The notes under the pieces were generated by a model. It ran no database searches, was not told the origin of the DNA, and worked only from the letters and a program-made list of their open reading frames with translations. A DNA stretch of 64,000 nucleotides from a virus, in the IMG/VR virus record IMGVR_UViG_3300017917_002938, positions 99,544 through 163,543 of that record, one strand, 5' to 3'. Positions 52,692-62,878 of the stretch are shown one piece after another (positions within the stretch are counted from its first letter, which is position 1; every line of letters begins with the position of its first letter). The position numbers were made by a program, and so were the translations under genes.

Positions 52692-53493
52692 TGACTTGCT
52701 CCTCAATCAGAGAGAGAAGTTCATCTGATTGTCCAGATTCAATTATTTCAATCATAGCTTGTTGATTTTCTTCTGACAATTCAGCATATAGTTCTAATAG
52801 CTTAATGGTAGAATCATTAACCTCTGTTTCTTCTCTCATTTTTACTGGTTGTGGAGGCTTAGCATACTCGCCGTTTTCCAAAACTCTATCATGAATGTCT
52901 TGTAGTGAGCGATGAATGTCTTTCATTGTGCCTACATGGCCCCAATGGGCTTGACCACTAGTATATGTACTCTTGGTACTTACAGCACTTTTATGTTTAT
53001 TTAAACCTGTTTGAATGTTCTTCAACAGTTTTGCAGTATCAGCATGATACTTTAAATACTGGGCATGAGCTTCTGGCCCTTCTTTAATTTCTGTTTCTTC
53101 AGAAGTAGGAGCAACTCCAACTACTCGATCATGGGCACGTTGCAATGATTGAACATTTTTCTTAACTTTATCTTTTGAAGGATATTTGTTAGAGTAGATA
53201 TTGTCCATTTTCTTAGCAATGTATGATTTCAGAGTAGAACGCTTTAGCTCGTCAATCTGTTCTTGATCCTCTTCTTGGTCAATCTCTTCATATACTTTTT
53301 CATCCTCTTTAGGATTATATCCATGACCTTCATCTGAGCGATTGATAGCCTTTACATTAGTACCCTGGAATACATCATCTCCGTTACCATTAGCATCTTT
53401 TGTTTTAACAACAATGTGCTTGTCTTTAAATTTTTTTTCGTCTCCGGCTTTTGGCTCGTAGACTTCAAGCATTTTCTTGAGTGTCTTCTTCAT
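52684..53493 (-). CDS. Prohead core / internal head protein
   Basis: Charged protein with several (I/L/V)xE gp21-type sites (VYE, IDE, IKE); start trimmed. Confidence 0.6.
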   Translation of the reverse strand: MKKTLKKMLEVYEPKAGDEKKFKDKHIVVKTKDANGNGDDVFQGTNVKAINRSDEGHGYNPKEDEKVYEEIDQEEDQEQIDELKRSTLKSYIAKKMDNIYSNKYPSKDKVKKNVQSLQRAHDRVVGVAPTSEETEIKEGPEAHAQYLKYHADTAKLLKNIQTGLNKHKSAVSTKSTYTSGQAHWGHVGTMKDIHRSLQDIHDRVLENGEYAKPPQPVKMREETEVNDSTIKLLELYAELSEENQQAMIEIIESGQSDELLSLIEEQVNG

Positions 53494-53686
53494 TTTCTTC
53501 CCCTGATTGTTCTTCATCGGAAACCTCTTCTTGCGAAGCGTTAAATAAAGCACTTGCAATCTGAGCACGGCGCTCTTGTACGGCATCGTACACTTTACCG
53601 AGCATTAGACTGTTGAAGTGATTTCCAAATTCTACAGGCTGTGATTCGACTGCAGTGGTAATTAAATCGTTAATAGTTGATTCCAT
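53465..53686 (-). CDS. Prohead core protein (gp67-like)
   Basis: Small acidic protein directly after portal, IASALF then acidic tail. Confidence 0.6.
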   Translation of the reverse strand: MESTINDLITTAVESQPVEFGNHFNSLMLGKVYDAVQERRAQIASALFNASQEEVSDEEQSGEENEEDTQENA

Positions 53687-53708
53687 ATATTTCTCCAATA
53701 ATATTTAT

Positions 53709-55280
53709 TTATTGTTGCTCTTGAGGGGGTAGCTCGGGCTCCTGGCCTGGCTGTCCTAGCTGTTCCGGTGGACGATATTGAACTAGCTCCATTTCCTCTG
53801 CAATCTCTTCATCCAATTCTTCAATATCTTCCTCAGTTTGTCTGAGTATATTTTTACGTATCCAAGTATGAGAGTAATATTTACCTGCAAACTGAGAAAC
53901 GTCTTGAAGAACAGATAAACGCTCTTTCATAACATCAATCTCTTTTAATTCAGCAAAGAAATTATCTTTAGCGTAATCAAAGCGAATCAACTGATGAAAT
54001 TCTTTCCAATCATCTTGAGTGATAACTCCTTTAAGCACTAATTGTTTTTCTAAGGCTTTAAGGAACAAATGAGAAAATCTTGCTCTTAGTCTGTTAACAA
54101 ACTTTGCAAATTTAACTTCATCACGAGTAATTTCTGTAGAGCGACCTACGTTAAAAGCAGTTTCAGTGTTAAGTCTAGAAGCAGGTACGTTTAATGAGGC
54201 AAGAAGTACCTTTTTAAAATACTCAACGTCTGTCATCTCTCCTAAATTTTGTCCAGCAGGAAGAGTAGTAATCTCTGTTCCTCTATTGCCTTCTCGACGA
54301 GGTAGCCAATAGTCTTCCAACATGGTCATAAATTTACGATCGTCTCTTATTTCTCCAGTTGACTGATCATAAACTACTTTATTCTTATGTCTGATCATCA
54401 TATCACGGAGGTATTGTTCAGCCTTCATTTTTGGAAGGTTACCTACGTCAATATAAAATATTCTTCTTTCAGGTGCTCTTGATACTCTATAAATTATAGT
54501 TGCATCTTCTAGAGTACGTAGCTGGTTAAGAGGCTTAATAGCCTTATGTAAATAGGAAAGAACAACCGAGTTGTTTTTATCCATTAAACCAGACGTACAA
54601 TGTATTACGCTATCTTTAGCAATTCTAAGCCCGGTAGTTCCTCCGGTAGCAAAATTAGGGTTACCTGCGCCCCAATTAGACTTATCATTGTATATGTAAT
54701 ATTCTCTTTCCGTTGAAGGAAGAGTTGCTTGTGTACGCGGGTCTTTTTTCTTTTTTACCTCTCGTATCTTTCTCATTTTACGAGGGTCAACATATCTCAG
54801 TTCTTTAATACCTGCACGAGGATCTTTTTCATCTATAACTACGTGATAGTACATTCGACCGTCTATATACCATCTTCTAAATAATTCGTATGATTGATTA
54901 CGGAAGTTAAGTAGCTCTAAAATATTATCAAATTCTTCTTTGATAAGCTTCTTAACGTTTGCTCCAGTCTTAAGATCATCTACGTTTATTTGTACTATAG
55001 GTTCTTCTGGCTCTTGAACTATTGCTTCATTAACAATATCATCAACCGCAGAGTCAACCTCTGGGTGCTGGGCCATTTCTCTATATCTTGTAACTAGCTC
55101 GGCCTCAGACTTAGCACTGCCTTCTAGATCAACATATGTGCCATAAACTCCCCCAGCCGCAACTACTACGGCGCCATCATCATATTCGTCCTGTTTAGGA
55201 ACGAACGACTTCTCACGCTCTTGTATTTGAGCTTCTTCTTGGGGTTTGCGGCGTATTTCAAAACCGAATAACTCTGCCAT
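53709..55280 (-). CDS. 20: Portal protein (gp20)
   Basis: RRWYIDGR, YLHKAIKP.NQLR, RAPERRIFYIDVGNLPK, EDYWLPRREG. Confidence 0.98.
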   Translation of the reverse strand: MAELFGFEIRRKPQEEAQIQEREKSFVPKQDEYDDGAVVVAAGGVYGTYVDLEGSAKSEAELVTRYREMAQHPEVDSAVDDIVNEAIVQEPEEPIVQINVDDLKTGANVKKLIKEEFDNILELLNFRNQSYELFRRWYIDGRMYYHVVIDEKDPRAGIKELRYVDPRKMRKIREVKKKKDPRTQATLPSTEREYYIYNDKSNWGAGNPNFATGGTTGLRIAKDSVIHCTSGLMDKNNSVVLSYLHKAIKPLNQLRTLEDATIIYRVSRAPERRIFYIDVGNLPKMKAEQYLRDMMIRHKNKVVYDQSTGEIRDDRKFMTMLEDYWLPRREGNRGTEITTLPAGQNLGEMTDVEYFKKVLLASLNVPASRLNTETAFNVGRSTEITRDEVKFAKFVNRLRARFSHLFLKALEKQLVLKGVITQDDWKEFHQLIRFDYAKDNFFAELKEIDVMKERLSVLQDVSQFAGKYYSHTWIRKNILRQTEEDIEELDEEIAEEMELVQYRPPEQLGQPGQEPELPPQEQQ

Positions 55281-55290
55281 AATATCCTCA

Positions 55291-55316
55291 ATAAATGGGC
55301 GGCACTAATGCCGCCC
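55291..55316 (-). terminator. Hairpin/terminator after gp19
   Basis: GGGCGGCA-TTAG-TGCCGCCC-ATTTAT. Confidence 0.65.
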
Positions 55317-55321
55317 TGTTC

Positions 55322-55873
55322 TTACGCGCCGCCGGCGCTACCAGTTGTACCACCAACTACTTCATGATAGTCGTATTGGAAGGTAACTGTAAATTCTTCA
55401 ATCACATCAGTAGAGTTCCAATCAACATCAATACCAGAAATTTCTGATGGGTAAATACCTACAAATTGATATGTTCTGATTGGATTACCAGTTTTAGAAT
55501 ACTGAGTCACTTGTGCTTGTGACTTGTATAGGTTTGGTGAAGATGAACCAAATTCTCTTAAGTTACCTGCAAGAGATTGAATCTTGTTCGACCATTCTTC
55601 CATTGCGTTGCGGATTAAAAAGTCCTCATCATTAATTACTGTAACAGTCCATTGTCCGAATGTTCTATCTCCAGCTAGTCTAATCTTTCTACCAAAATAA
55701 GGTACTTCTATTGTACCTAAAGTAGATGGAGGAATTTGAGCTGCTCTTACCAAGAAAGGTACCTTGATGTCTGCAGCTGAGTTAGCTGGGTTAGTAATCG
55801 CTACTTGGAAAAGGCTATTTCTAGCCCCTCCCAATGTTAGTTGACTTCTAATCTCGTTTACATTAAATGCCAT
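55322..55873 (-). CDS. 19: Tail tube protein (gp19)
   Basis: GGARNSLF, AGDRTF..WTVTV.NDEDF, IEEFTVTF. Confidence 0.95.
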   Translation of the reverse strand: MAFNVNEIRSQLTLGGARNSLFQVAITNPANSAADIKVPFLVRAAQIPPSTLGTIEVPYFGRKIRLAGDRTFGQWTVTVINDEDFLIRNAMEEWSNKIQSLAGNLREFGSSSPNLYKSQAQVTQYSKTGNPIRTYQFVGIYPSEISGIDVDWNSTDVIEEFTVTFQYDYHEVVGGTTGSAGGA

Positions 55874-55901
55874 GTTTGTTCTCCTTGTCCTTAGTTATTT
55901 A

Positions 55902-58019
55902 TTAGAACTGTCCAACAATTTCGGAGAACTCAACACCTGTTCTAACCGCCACGAAATTCAATTGAATGTAATTGATTGACTTGGCAGGCTTGACGTAGAT
56001 GTCACCTACAAACTCGTTACGATCTACTATCTCAGGTGTGTTATTTGTCTCGTCGCAAACAACTTTGAAATCGTAGATACCGCGGCGACCTAAAACATCG
56101 CGCAGGAACGGTTCAACCAGATTCTTGAATTGTGCTCTAGTGAACTCATCGTTGAATTCAAACATGGTAAATTTAGCAGCGGTTGCAATTGCTTTTTCAA
56201 GCACGATGAATAAACGACGTACGTTGATTCGATCAAATGCTGATGGTCTTGCAAGCAATGTTTTGTCGCCATATAGAACAGTGCCTTGTCCTGGGAATGT
56301 TACCACAGGATTAATACCGTTTTTGTACAGAACATCTCGCTCTGCTTTGCTTGGATTGTAGGCTAGTTTAATAACATTCTTAATTGCACCTCTGTTGAAT
56401 CCAGCTGGCGAGAACCAAGGATCCCTTACATCATCAGTGCGTACACACAATCCTGCAATATCACCGTTCAACGGAATGTAACGGTATACATCGTTGTATT
56501 TGTCGTATTGATACTTGTATCCTGAGTCAAGTACAGCATAGGAAGTAGCCGTAACAGCATTACGGAAAGTAACAACATCATCTACCTCGTCAGAAGCTGC
56601 ATTTAGAACTACTGCTTCTCTATTAGGAGATACGAATACAACGCAATCTTTTCTAACTTCAGCAATATTCTCAATTAAGTAATTAGGAAGTTGAGCACCG
56701 TTCTGTGATCCACGAGCTTTTCCGGTAAGAATTAGAGATACATCCACATCTTCTGCAGATTGGAATAGCTCATAGCCAGAGAATAACTCAGTGACAGCTA
56801 TTGTTGATTCGTCAGCACCATCAGATCCTCCAACAAAAGAAACTGATAGAGGTGTGTTGTTTGCAAGTGAAGCCATGTTAACTGCGGTGTTAGTATAGCC
56901 CGCAACACGGTTTGCATTATAGAATACAAATTTAGATGTATTATTAATTACGTCACGTACAAATAAAGAGCTTCCATCTTCTGTCTTTGCATCAGAAGCA
57001 CGTGAAAGACCTTGGAATACTTCTAGAATAGTACCTGGTACGCCTGAAATTTGTCCGTCTTCGTCTTCAACCACTACATGCACTTGATCAATAGCAGATG
57101 AGTTGCCGAATGATTGTGTATAGGCGGTAGTAGAAGGAGCAGAATCAACGTTAAATGCATACTCCCAGTAGCGCTTTAGATAGCCTGATGCAATAGTAGC
57201 ATTATTAGATACAGCATTGTTACCGAAATCTGATAATGTAAATTTACTCTCAGTACCTACGCTAATGAAAGAATGGGTAGCATTTGTAGTGGTTGCACCA
57301 ATAGTAGATACTTTTAATAGGCGAGTACCGATAGATGAGTTACCTAATTCGATCAGATCACCAACGGAAAGCAAACCACGAAGTGTGTTCATTCTGGTAG
57401 TTGCTTCAGAAAGAACACCAGTAGATGAATTAGCGATGCGGATAGTGAATGTGTTTGAACCAGATGTAGCAACAATACCTGTTAATTGACCATTTGATGA
57501 TAGGTTAGCATCTCCACCGGTAATTAGAGTATTAGAGAAGAATGTGTTAGGAGTGTCACATACTGAGATTTTCAGAGAGTTTCCTAATGCACCTGGATAA
57601 CGAGCAATGTAACGAACGTTGGTTTCAGAAGCTATGTTCGTAGCAACAGTGCTATTATCAATATCGTCATCATTCTTGATAATTAAATTTGTGTTTGTAG
57701 TCACAGCACCGACGTTAGCATACGCAGAAAGTACCCCTGCAACACCAGTTGCATCAGTAGTATTAGCAGTTCTAACTACATACAGTTTGTTACCGTATGA
57801 TAAGAAATTAGCAGCTGTGAAAAATGATTCAGCGTTAAAATTGGTAGGTTTACCAAAGCGCTGGGCTAGAGTTTGTTCAGAATCAACTAGAATACGTTTG
57901 TCAACAGGTCCCCAACGGAAAACGCCAGCAAAGGCGCCTTCAGTAGTTGAGACTGCAGGGACAACCGTAGTCAAGTCAATTTCGGTTATATTTACGCCTG
58001 GACTAACTTGAAATGGCAT
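55902..58019 (-). CDS. 18: Tail sheath protein (gp18)
   Basis: SPGV.ITEIDLT, PWFSPAG..RG, FDRINVRRLF, FEFNDEFTR. Confidence 0.97.
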   Translation of the reverse strand: MPFQVSPGVNITEIDLTTVVPAVSTTEGAFAGVFRWGPVDKRILVDSEQTLAQRFGKPTNFNAESFFTAANFLSYGNKLYVVRTANTTDATGVAGVLSAYANVGAVTTNTNLIIKNDDDIDNSTVATNIASETNVRYIARYPGALGNSLKISVCDTPNTFFSNTLITGGDANLSSNGQLTGIVATSGSNTFTIRIANSSTGVLSEATTRMNTLRGLLSVGDLIELGNSSIGTRLLKVSTIGATTTNATHSFISVGTESKFTLSDFGNNAVSNNATIASGYLKRYWEYAFNVDSAPSTTAYTQSFGNSSAIDQVHVVVEDEDGQISGVPGTILEVFQGLSRASDAKTEDGSSLFVRDVINNTSKFVFYNANRVAGYTNTAVNMASLANNTPLSVSFVGGSDGADESTIAVTELFSGYELFQSAEDVDVSLILTGKARGSQNGAQLPNYLIENIAEVRKDCVVFVSPNREAVVLNAASDEVDDVVTFRNAVTATSYAVLDSGYKYQYDKYNDVYRYIPLNGDIAGLCVRTDDVRDPWFSPAGFNRGAIKNVIKLAYNPSKAERDVLYKNGINPVVTFPGQGTVLYGDKTLLARPSAFDRINVRRLFIVLEKAIATAAKFTMFEFNDEFTRAQFKNLVEPFLRDVLGRRGIYDFKVVCDETNNTPEIVDRNEFVGDIYVKPAKSINYIQLNFVAVRTGVEFSEIVGQF

Positions 58020-58071
58020 GTTTTTCTCCCTTCAGAGGTTTTTTTCATTACAGTAAGACTGTCTTATACTC

Positions 58072-58079
58072 TATTTATA
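58072..58079 (-). promoter_or_regulatory. T4-type late promoter
   Basis: TATAAATA upstream of gp18 (variants AATAAATA at 55896-55903 and 53702-53709). Confidence 0.8.
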
Positions 58080-58093
58080 AAACAAAGAATTTA

Positions 58094-59764
58094 TTATCTA
58101 GACAACCAGCTGTCGAGAGATTCACCTACTAATTCATGAGGTTTTATGTCATCGAGCGTAGGTCTTAGAAATTTATCTATGTCTTTATTATCTACAAAGT
58201 CCGAACTATCATCATATATGCCAAATGGTGTTAGTTCGTCTTCCAGTCTTTTTGCATTGTCTTCTTGGAATCGTTTTCGAATGTCCTTGGACATTAATTC
58301 GCGGAAATAATTCTGATCAGTCAACCATGAAAATAATACGCAACACATGACTAAGTCATCGTTTCCTTCTTCTGCTTCGTATGTCGATCCGGTCCACACA
58401 AAGCGAAACATTTCTTCTAATGTATCATAATCATTAATTATAAGTTTATCATTTTCCACCAATGATTTAAAGTTAGAGCACCCTAATTTTTTTACAGACT
58501 TAGTAGTGCGAACTCCAGGATGAGATCCGTGTCCAAAACCAGCTGTAACAGTAACGCCTTTTACTGGATTATTAACAGTAAAAAGCATATTTTCATATTC
58601 TAAATCATTAAACAGTATATCTGCTACTTGTTGGCCAACATCGTTAGTTTCAACTAACACAATAGCATTACTGTAGTGTCTTGCAATTTGCAGGACAGTG
58701 TCGGGTAGATTTAATGGGTCAACTTCTTTATTGCGGTAAGTGAATACATCTTTGAATGGATATTCAGTTACATCAAATACCTTAACGGCAGAATAATCGC
58801 CTTCCTTACCTCTTGCCACATCAACTGTAACACAATAAAAATGATCTTTTCTGCACTCATCATATACTTTTATGTATTCGTCTTGTTTAACCGGATCTCC
58901 GTAAACTAAATTACGAAGTTTAATACCAGAAATAAGTGTTGCAGATGATCCTAAGAACTCACATTCATATTCTTGTCTGAATTGTTCTTCAGACGTATTA
59001 CGAATAGTTTCTTCTTTCCATTTTTCATCTCGACCTGGAACATCAGACCAGTGAACGTCTACTCTAACAAAGTCATTTTTACCTCTCTCACTATCAGTCC
59101 AAAGTTTATAAAATTGATTTAATCCGTTTGGAGTAGATGTGATAAGAATCTTGGTAGTTTTACCAGATGAAATAGTAGGGTATACAGATGAAAAGAATGT
59201 CTGTTGTATATTTGCAGGGACGAAAGCAAATTCGTCCAGATAAACTAAGTTTTGAGAAGTTCCTCTAATCGCAGATGAAGCTGTTGAGCTTGCAATTATT
59301 GAAGATCCATTCTCTAACTCAACGCTAGTCTTATTCCATTCAATAATACCTTGTTGCATCCACCTTGGTAAATGTTCATATGCTAGTTGAATACGAGAAA
59401 GAATTTCAATAGCTTGAGCTTCTTTATGCGCCAAAAGTGCAACCGAGTACATCTCATTGAAAAGAATGCGATGTAAAATAATTCCTACAACAGTGGTAGT
59501 TTTACCGACTTGTCGAGGCATCTTACATATTACAAACCTATTATCATCAGCCGATTGTATCATTTCTTTTTGAAATTCGTACGGCTGAAAAGGAATTAGT
59601 CCATGGTCAACATGGACAATTTTTACATACTTTTCAATAAAATAAACAGGATCTTTTGAGCATTTGAGATATTCTTTAACCTTTTCCGGGGTCCATTCTA
59701 TCTCAACATATGCTCGTTTAAGATTTTTATTGCCAAGGTAGGTGTCGCTTTTATTAACTTTCAT
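58094..59764 (-). CDS. 17: Terminase large subunit (gp17)
   Basis: PRQVGKTT, YLDEFAF, TSTPNG, DVARG, DDLVM. Confidence 0.97.
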   Translation of the reverse strand: MKVNKSDTYLGNKNLKRAYVEIEWTPEKVKEYLKCSKDPVYFIEKYVKIVHVDHGLIPFQPYEFQKEMIQSADDNRFVICKMPRQVGKTTTVVGIILHRILFNEMYSVALLAHKEAQAIEILSRIQLAYEHLPRWMQQGIIEWNKTSVELENGSSIIASSTASSAIRGTSQNLVYLDEFAFVPANIQQTFFSSVYPTISSGKTTKILITSTPNGLNQFYKLWTDSERGKNDFVRVDVHWSDVPGRDEKWKEETIRNTSEEQFRQEYECEFLGSSATLISGIKLRNLVYGDPVKQDEYIKVYDECRKDHFYCVTVDVARGKEGDYSAVKVFDVTEYPFKDVFTYRNKEVDPLNLPDTVLQIARHYSNAIVLVETNDVGQQVADILFNDLEYENMLFTVNNPVKGVTVTAGFGHGSHPGVRTTKSVKKLGCSNFKSLVENDKLIINDYDTLEEMFRFVWTGSTYEAEEGNDDLVMCCVLFSWLTDQNYFRELMSKDIRKRFQEDNAKRLEDELTPFGIYDDSSDFVDNKDIDKFLRPTLDDIKPHELVGESLDSWLSR

Positions 59765-60152
59765 TCTGTTGCTTAATTAACTTCTGCAAGTCTGCAGTTG
59801 TTCCAACAAATAAATTATTATTAACAGTAGTAGGTTTGTTAGCACCTGCCGTTCCATTGAGTTCTTGTTTTTGTTTTGAAAGAACAAGCAAGTCTTTATT
59901 AGCTGCTACTATAGAATCTACTAATTTAGCTGCTACCTCATACGCTCTAGGCTGTTGAGACATTCCAGCAACATCCAATACATTCGAAAGAGCCTCTTGC
60001 CCTTTTTCTATTGCGGCGATCATATTACCCCTTGCATATTCAAAATCTGCTTGAACGTCTGGAGTAGAAGGGTTAATATCTACTACCTGAGCTGCAGCTG
60101 GAAGTATGTTGTTGATAGGGGAAAGATCTAGAGCTTGATCTATTGGTTTCAT
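59754..60152 (-). CDS. 16: Terminase small subunit (gp16)
   Basis: DFEYARGN, PRAYEV, NNLFVGTTADLQK; start trimmed. Confidence 0.9.
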   Translation of the reverse strand: MKPIDQALDLSPINNILPAAAQVVDINPSTPDVQADFEYARGNMIAAIEKGQEALSNVLDVAGMSQQPRAYEVAAKLVDSIVAANKDLLVLSKQKQELNGTAGANKPTTVNNNLFVGTTADLQKLIKQQNES

Positions 60153-60964
60153 ATTGAATCCTTGGTTATAATATAATCCCAATTACTATTAGCCGCTATT
60201 TGTCTTCTATCTATTGTTAAATCGGCATTAGTAGTAGGAGAACCGTTAGCAAGAAGCCCTGGTGTTATGGTTATGTTTTCCACAGGAGTTGAGCCGACAG
60301 TTGTATTATCATAAAAGTTTGTATTAGCAAGTGTAATGATACCACTTCTTCTTACTGGTCCAAACAGATATGTCTTCATGTTAAAGGAAAGAGTCCAGAT
60401 TATTATTCTTCTCTCCTCAGCGCCTCCTTCATAATTATCCGTAACAGTAACAGTACTTATAGAAGTAGGAATATCTAACGGTAAATTCAACTCGGGCAGC
60501 AACTGAACAGTAGCAGTCCACTCAGGAGCAAAATATGGTAGTATTTGCTCAAGAATACGAGTACCGTCTTCTGCGTTTCTGACCATTATGCTAAGCTCAA
60601 ATCCAATATTATACGGTACAGGATTGTAAATGTATTTGTTTCTTGTAGGTGGGTTATCTCCTACATTATCAGACCTAACTGCAAATTTACCTACTGTAGG
60701 AAGTTTTCTGTTTGAGTCGTAAGAAAGCGATGTCATTTCAAACGACATTCTAGGTAATATAACAGCTACAGGGTTAGAGAGATTAGGGCTTGCTTCTACT
60801 CTAGCCAGCGTCTTTTCTTTTGGACCATAAGTTATAGGAACCTTTACTGTTTGTATTTCATTACCTTGTAGATCGTCTCTGGTAATGTATATGTCATTAA
60901 AAAGGGTTCCAAATAATATTACATTCTTACGAAGTGTTTTGTGATAGAAAGTTTGTCCAAACAT
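60149..60964 (-). CDS. 15: Tail sheath stabiliser / terminator (gp15)
   Basis: FGTLFNDI, VPITYGPKEK, LPRMSFE, EQILPYF. Confidence 0.93.
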   Translation of the reverse strand: MFGQTFYHKTLRKNVILFGTLFNDIYITRDDLQGNEIQTVKVPITYGPKEKTLARVEASPNLSNPVAVILPRMSFEMTSLSYDSNRKLPTVGKFAVRSDNVGDNPPTRNKYIYNPVPYNIGFELSIMVRNAEDGTRILEQILPYFAPEWTATVQLLPELNLPLDIPTSISTVTVTDNYEGGAEERRIIIWTLSFNMKTYLFGPVRRSGIITLANTNFYDNTTVGSTPVENITITPGLLANGSPTTNADLTIDRRQIAANSNWDYIITKDSI

Positions 60965-61695
60965 TAGAATCGTCCTCCCTCGCTGAACGGATCAAACTCA
61001 GTAAAATCTACAAAATTGTCTGATTCGTCTTGTATCTCGTCATTATCAGCGGTAGGATCAATAATGTTTTGATCGTATTGGTCGTTTACAATTCTAGTAC
61101 CATCCTCATGTAATAAGAAGAATGGGTTTGTATCTTCAGTTTGAATTCCAAAGTTTGTAGTGGTAAGATTAAAGTTTCGATATACATTATCGATCTGGGG
61201 AAGACCAGTATTAAATGCCTGCCCGCTGTACTCGAACAACTCGCAAACTAAATCATATACCTGTAATTGTCCTAATTGATAGAATATTGCTTCGTGCTCT
61301 ACAAACTTTATTTCATACAGTTTATTATTTAAAGGAAAGAATAAAACATCTCCTTCGTTAGGTCTTGCCAATTGATTTGATGAGCCTATTTCTTCATTGA
61401 ACACTCTTCGAGCTACGGTAAATGTAATTCTATCTCGAATCTCTAAATTGAACTTGGTAAGGAGATCACCATCTCCTTCAAACCCTTGAAAGTTCTTGAT
61501 GTACATTTCTATCATGTACGGTTTATTGTATTGCATCAACGGATCTTCACCATATATTCCATCGTACGCTACTAACGTTTTAGGAATGTAGTACATATCG
61601 ATTCCATATATTTTTATGGACTCGATAATCAGGTTCTCAATTAAGTTTTGTTCTTGACTGGCCTGATAATTATTGAAGAATACATTTGTTGCCAT
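60964..61695 (-). CDS. 14: Neck protein (gp14)
   Basis: ESIKIYG, RPNEGD..FFPL, FYQLG, DPFSE. Confidence 0.93.
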   Translation of the reverse strand: MATNVFFNNYQASQEQNLIENLIIESIKIYGIDMYYIPKTLVAYDGIYGEDPLMQYNKPYMIEMYIKNFQGFEGDGDLLTKFNLEIRDRITFTVARRVFNEEIGSSNQLARPNEGDVLFFPLNNKLYEIKFVEHEAIFYQLGQLQVYDLVCELFEYSGQAFNTGLPQIDNVYRNFNLTTTNFGIQTEDTNPFFLLHEDGTRIVNDQYDQNIIDPTADNDEIQDESDNFVDFTEFDPFSEGGRF

Positions 61696-61696
61696 A

Positions 61697-62440
61697 TTAT
61701 CCTATCATATCCATAGCAGGTAAGGATAGGTTGGTTACCATTTCATTCTCTAAAAATTTAATCTCTTCTGTGGCCTCATCATATATTTTTTGTCCGTTGA
61801 ATTGCACTCCACCTGGCAGCTGAAGACCTTCAAATTTTTTAAGGTTATTACCCCACTGTTGCTTGATAAGAGCAGTAGTATAGTTAGCCAGCCATCTATC
61901 TTTCCATACTTCTGAGTAAACAGTAGGGTCTATTACTTCATATGCTTCTACTAAAAGAAATTGACCTGTATCAATCTTATTCCAGTCCATGTCAACGTAG
62001 AGTTTGTTTTTGTGTCTACTGTATCTGATTGGTTGTTGGCCTACCAATAGCTGCTGTATAAGTCCAAGATGCTGCATAACCATGAAGTAAGGAACCATGG
62101 ATACTGAAGTAAGGGTGTATAGATCGTTTAACGCTATTTGATAACGTATGTTAAACAAGTCTTGAGAGCCCATAGTAGTATCTCCGATCGGAAATATACG
62201 AACGGCTCCATTTATATTATCTGGAAGTGTGATGAATTTATCTGTTTTATTTTGATCAGTAACTTGATGCTTGTAATATATCATTTCTGAACCATCAAAA
62301 TGATAGTCCCAATAATACTTTAAAGCTTCATCAATTCGATCATCAACTTGATCATCATCTACGTTGATTTCAATGACGGGTTTTCCAAGTTTTCTAAGAC
62401 AAAACTCAGCAAACTCTGCACGAGAAGTAGGAACAGCCAT
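61697..62440 (-). CDS. 13: Neck protein (gp13)
   Basis: LRKLGKPVIEINVDDDQ, YHFDG, QWGNNL.KF..LPGG. Confidence 0.93.
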   Translation of the reverse strand: MAVPTSRAEFAEFCLRKLGKPVIEINVDDDQVDDRIDEALKYYWDYHFDGSEMIYYKHQVTDQNKTDKFITLPDNINGAVRIFPIGDTTMGSQDLFNIRYQIALNDLYTLTSVSMVPYFMVMQHLGLIQQLLVGQQPIRYSRHKNKLYVDMDWNKIDTGQFLLVEAYEVIDPTVYSEVWKDRWLANYTTALIKQQWGNNLKKFEGLQLPGGVQFNGQKIYDEATEEIKFLENEMVTNLSLPAMDMIG

Positions 62441-62458
62441 GTTAACTCCTTTTTAGAG

Positions 62459-62466
62459 TATTTATG
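62459..62466 (-). promoter_or_regulatory. Late promoter variant
   Basis: CATAAATA upstream of gp13. Confidence 0.6.
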
Positions 62467-62478
62467 GCCCTAGAGAAA

Positions 62479-62877
62479 TTAAGGTTCTACGGGCCAGGTT
62501 ATATTGAAAGGATCTTGACCTGACTGAGGTAAATCTCTTAATTCTTGAACATACTGCAAGACTGGAGTAATATCTTCTGAAGGAGTAACGTTTAAGGCTA
62601 TTTGCTGATTATATCGATCTATTCTCCATAAAACCGCAGACATTCTTTTTGCTCTTTCTTCTCTTATCTCAGCCCATCTGATGTTAGGATCTAACACCCA
62701 TTGAGAATTATCGAAGTCCCAGGCATGATAAGAGTCGGGACGCTCGGGTACAGATGGATCTTCTCCTCTTCTAGGAGATCCCTGATAATATTCTCCTGTT
62801 TCAGAATCCACCCATAACGCCATGCTAACCATTCTGGATGGAAGTACTGATAATAGTTGTTGTAGGTTCGTTGCCAT
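62479..62877 (-). CDS. Tail fibre assembly chaperone
   Basis: WAEIREER...YVQELRDLPQ..PFNITWP; follows the fibre gene. Confidence 0.75.
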   Translation of the reverse strand: MATNLQQLLSVLPSRMVSMALWVDSETGEYYQGSPRRGEDPSVPERPDSYHAWDFDNSQWVLDPNIRWAEIREERAKRMSAVLWRIDRYNQQIALNVTPSEDITPVLQYVQELRDLPQSGQDPFNITWPVEP

Positions 62878-62878
62878 T

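Noticed and set aside
20162-59764. Inteins or group I introns in gp41, uvsX, gp43, gp46, gp20, gp17; stop-codon recoding
   Set aside because: All are uninterrupted and of ordinary length under the standard code.
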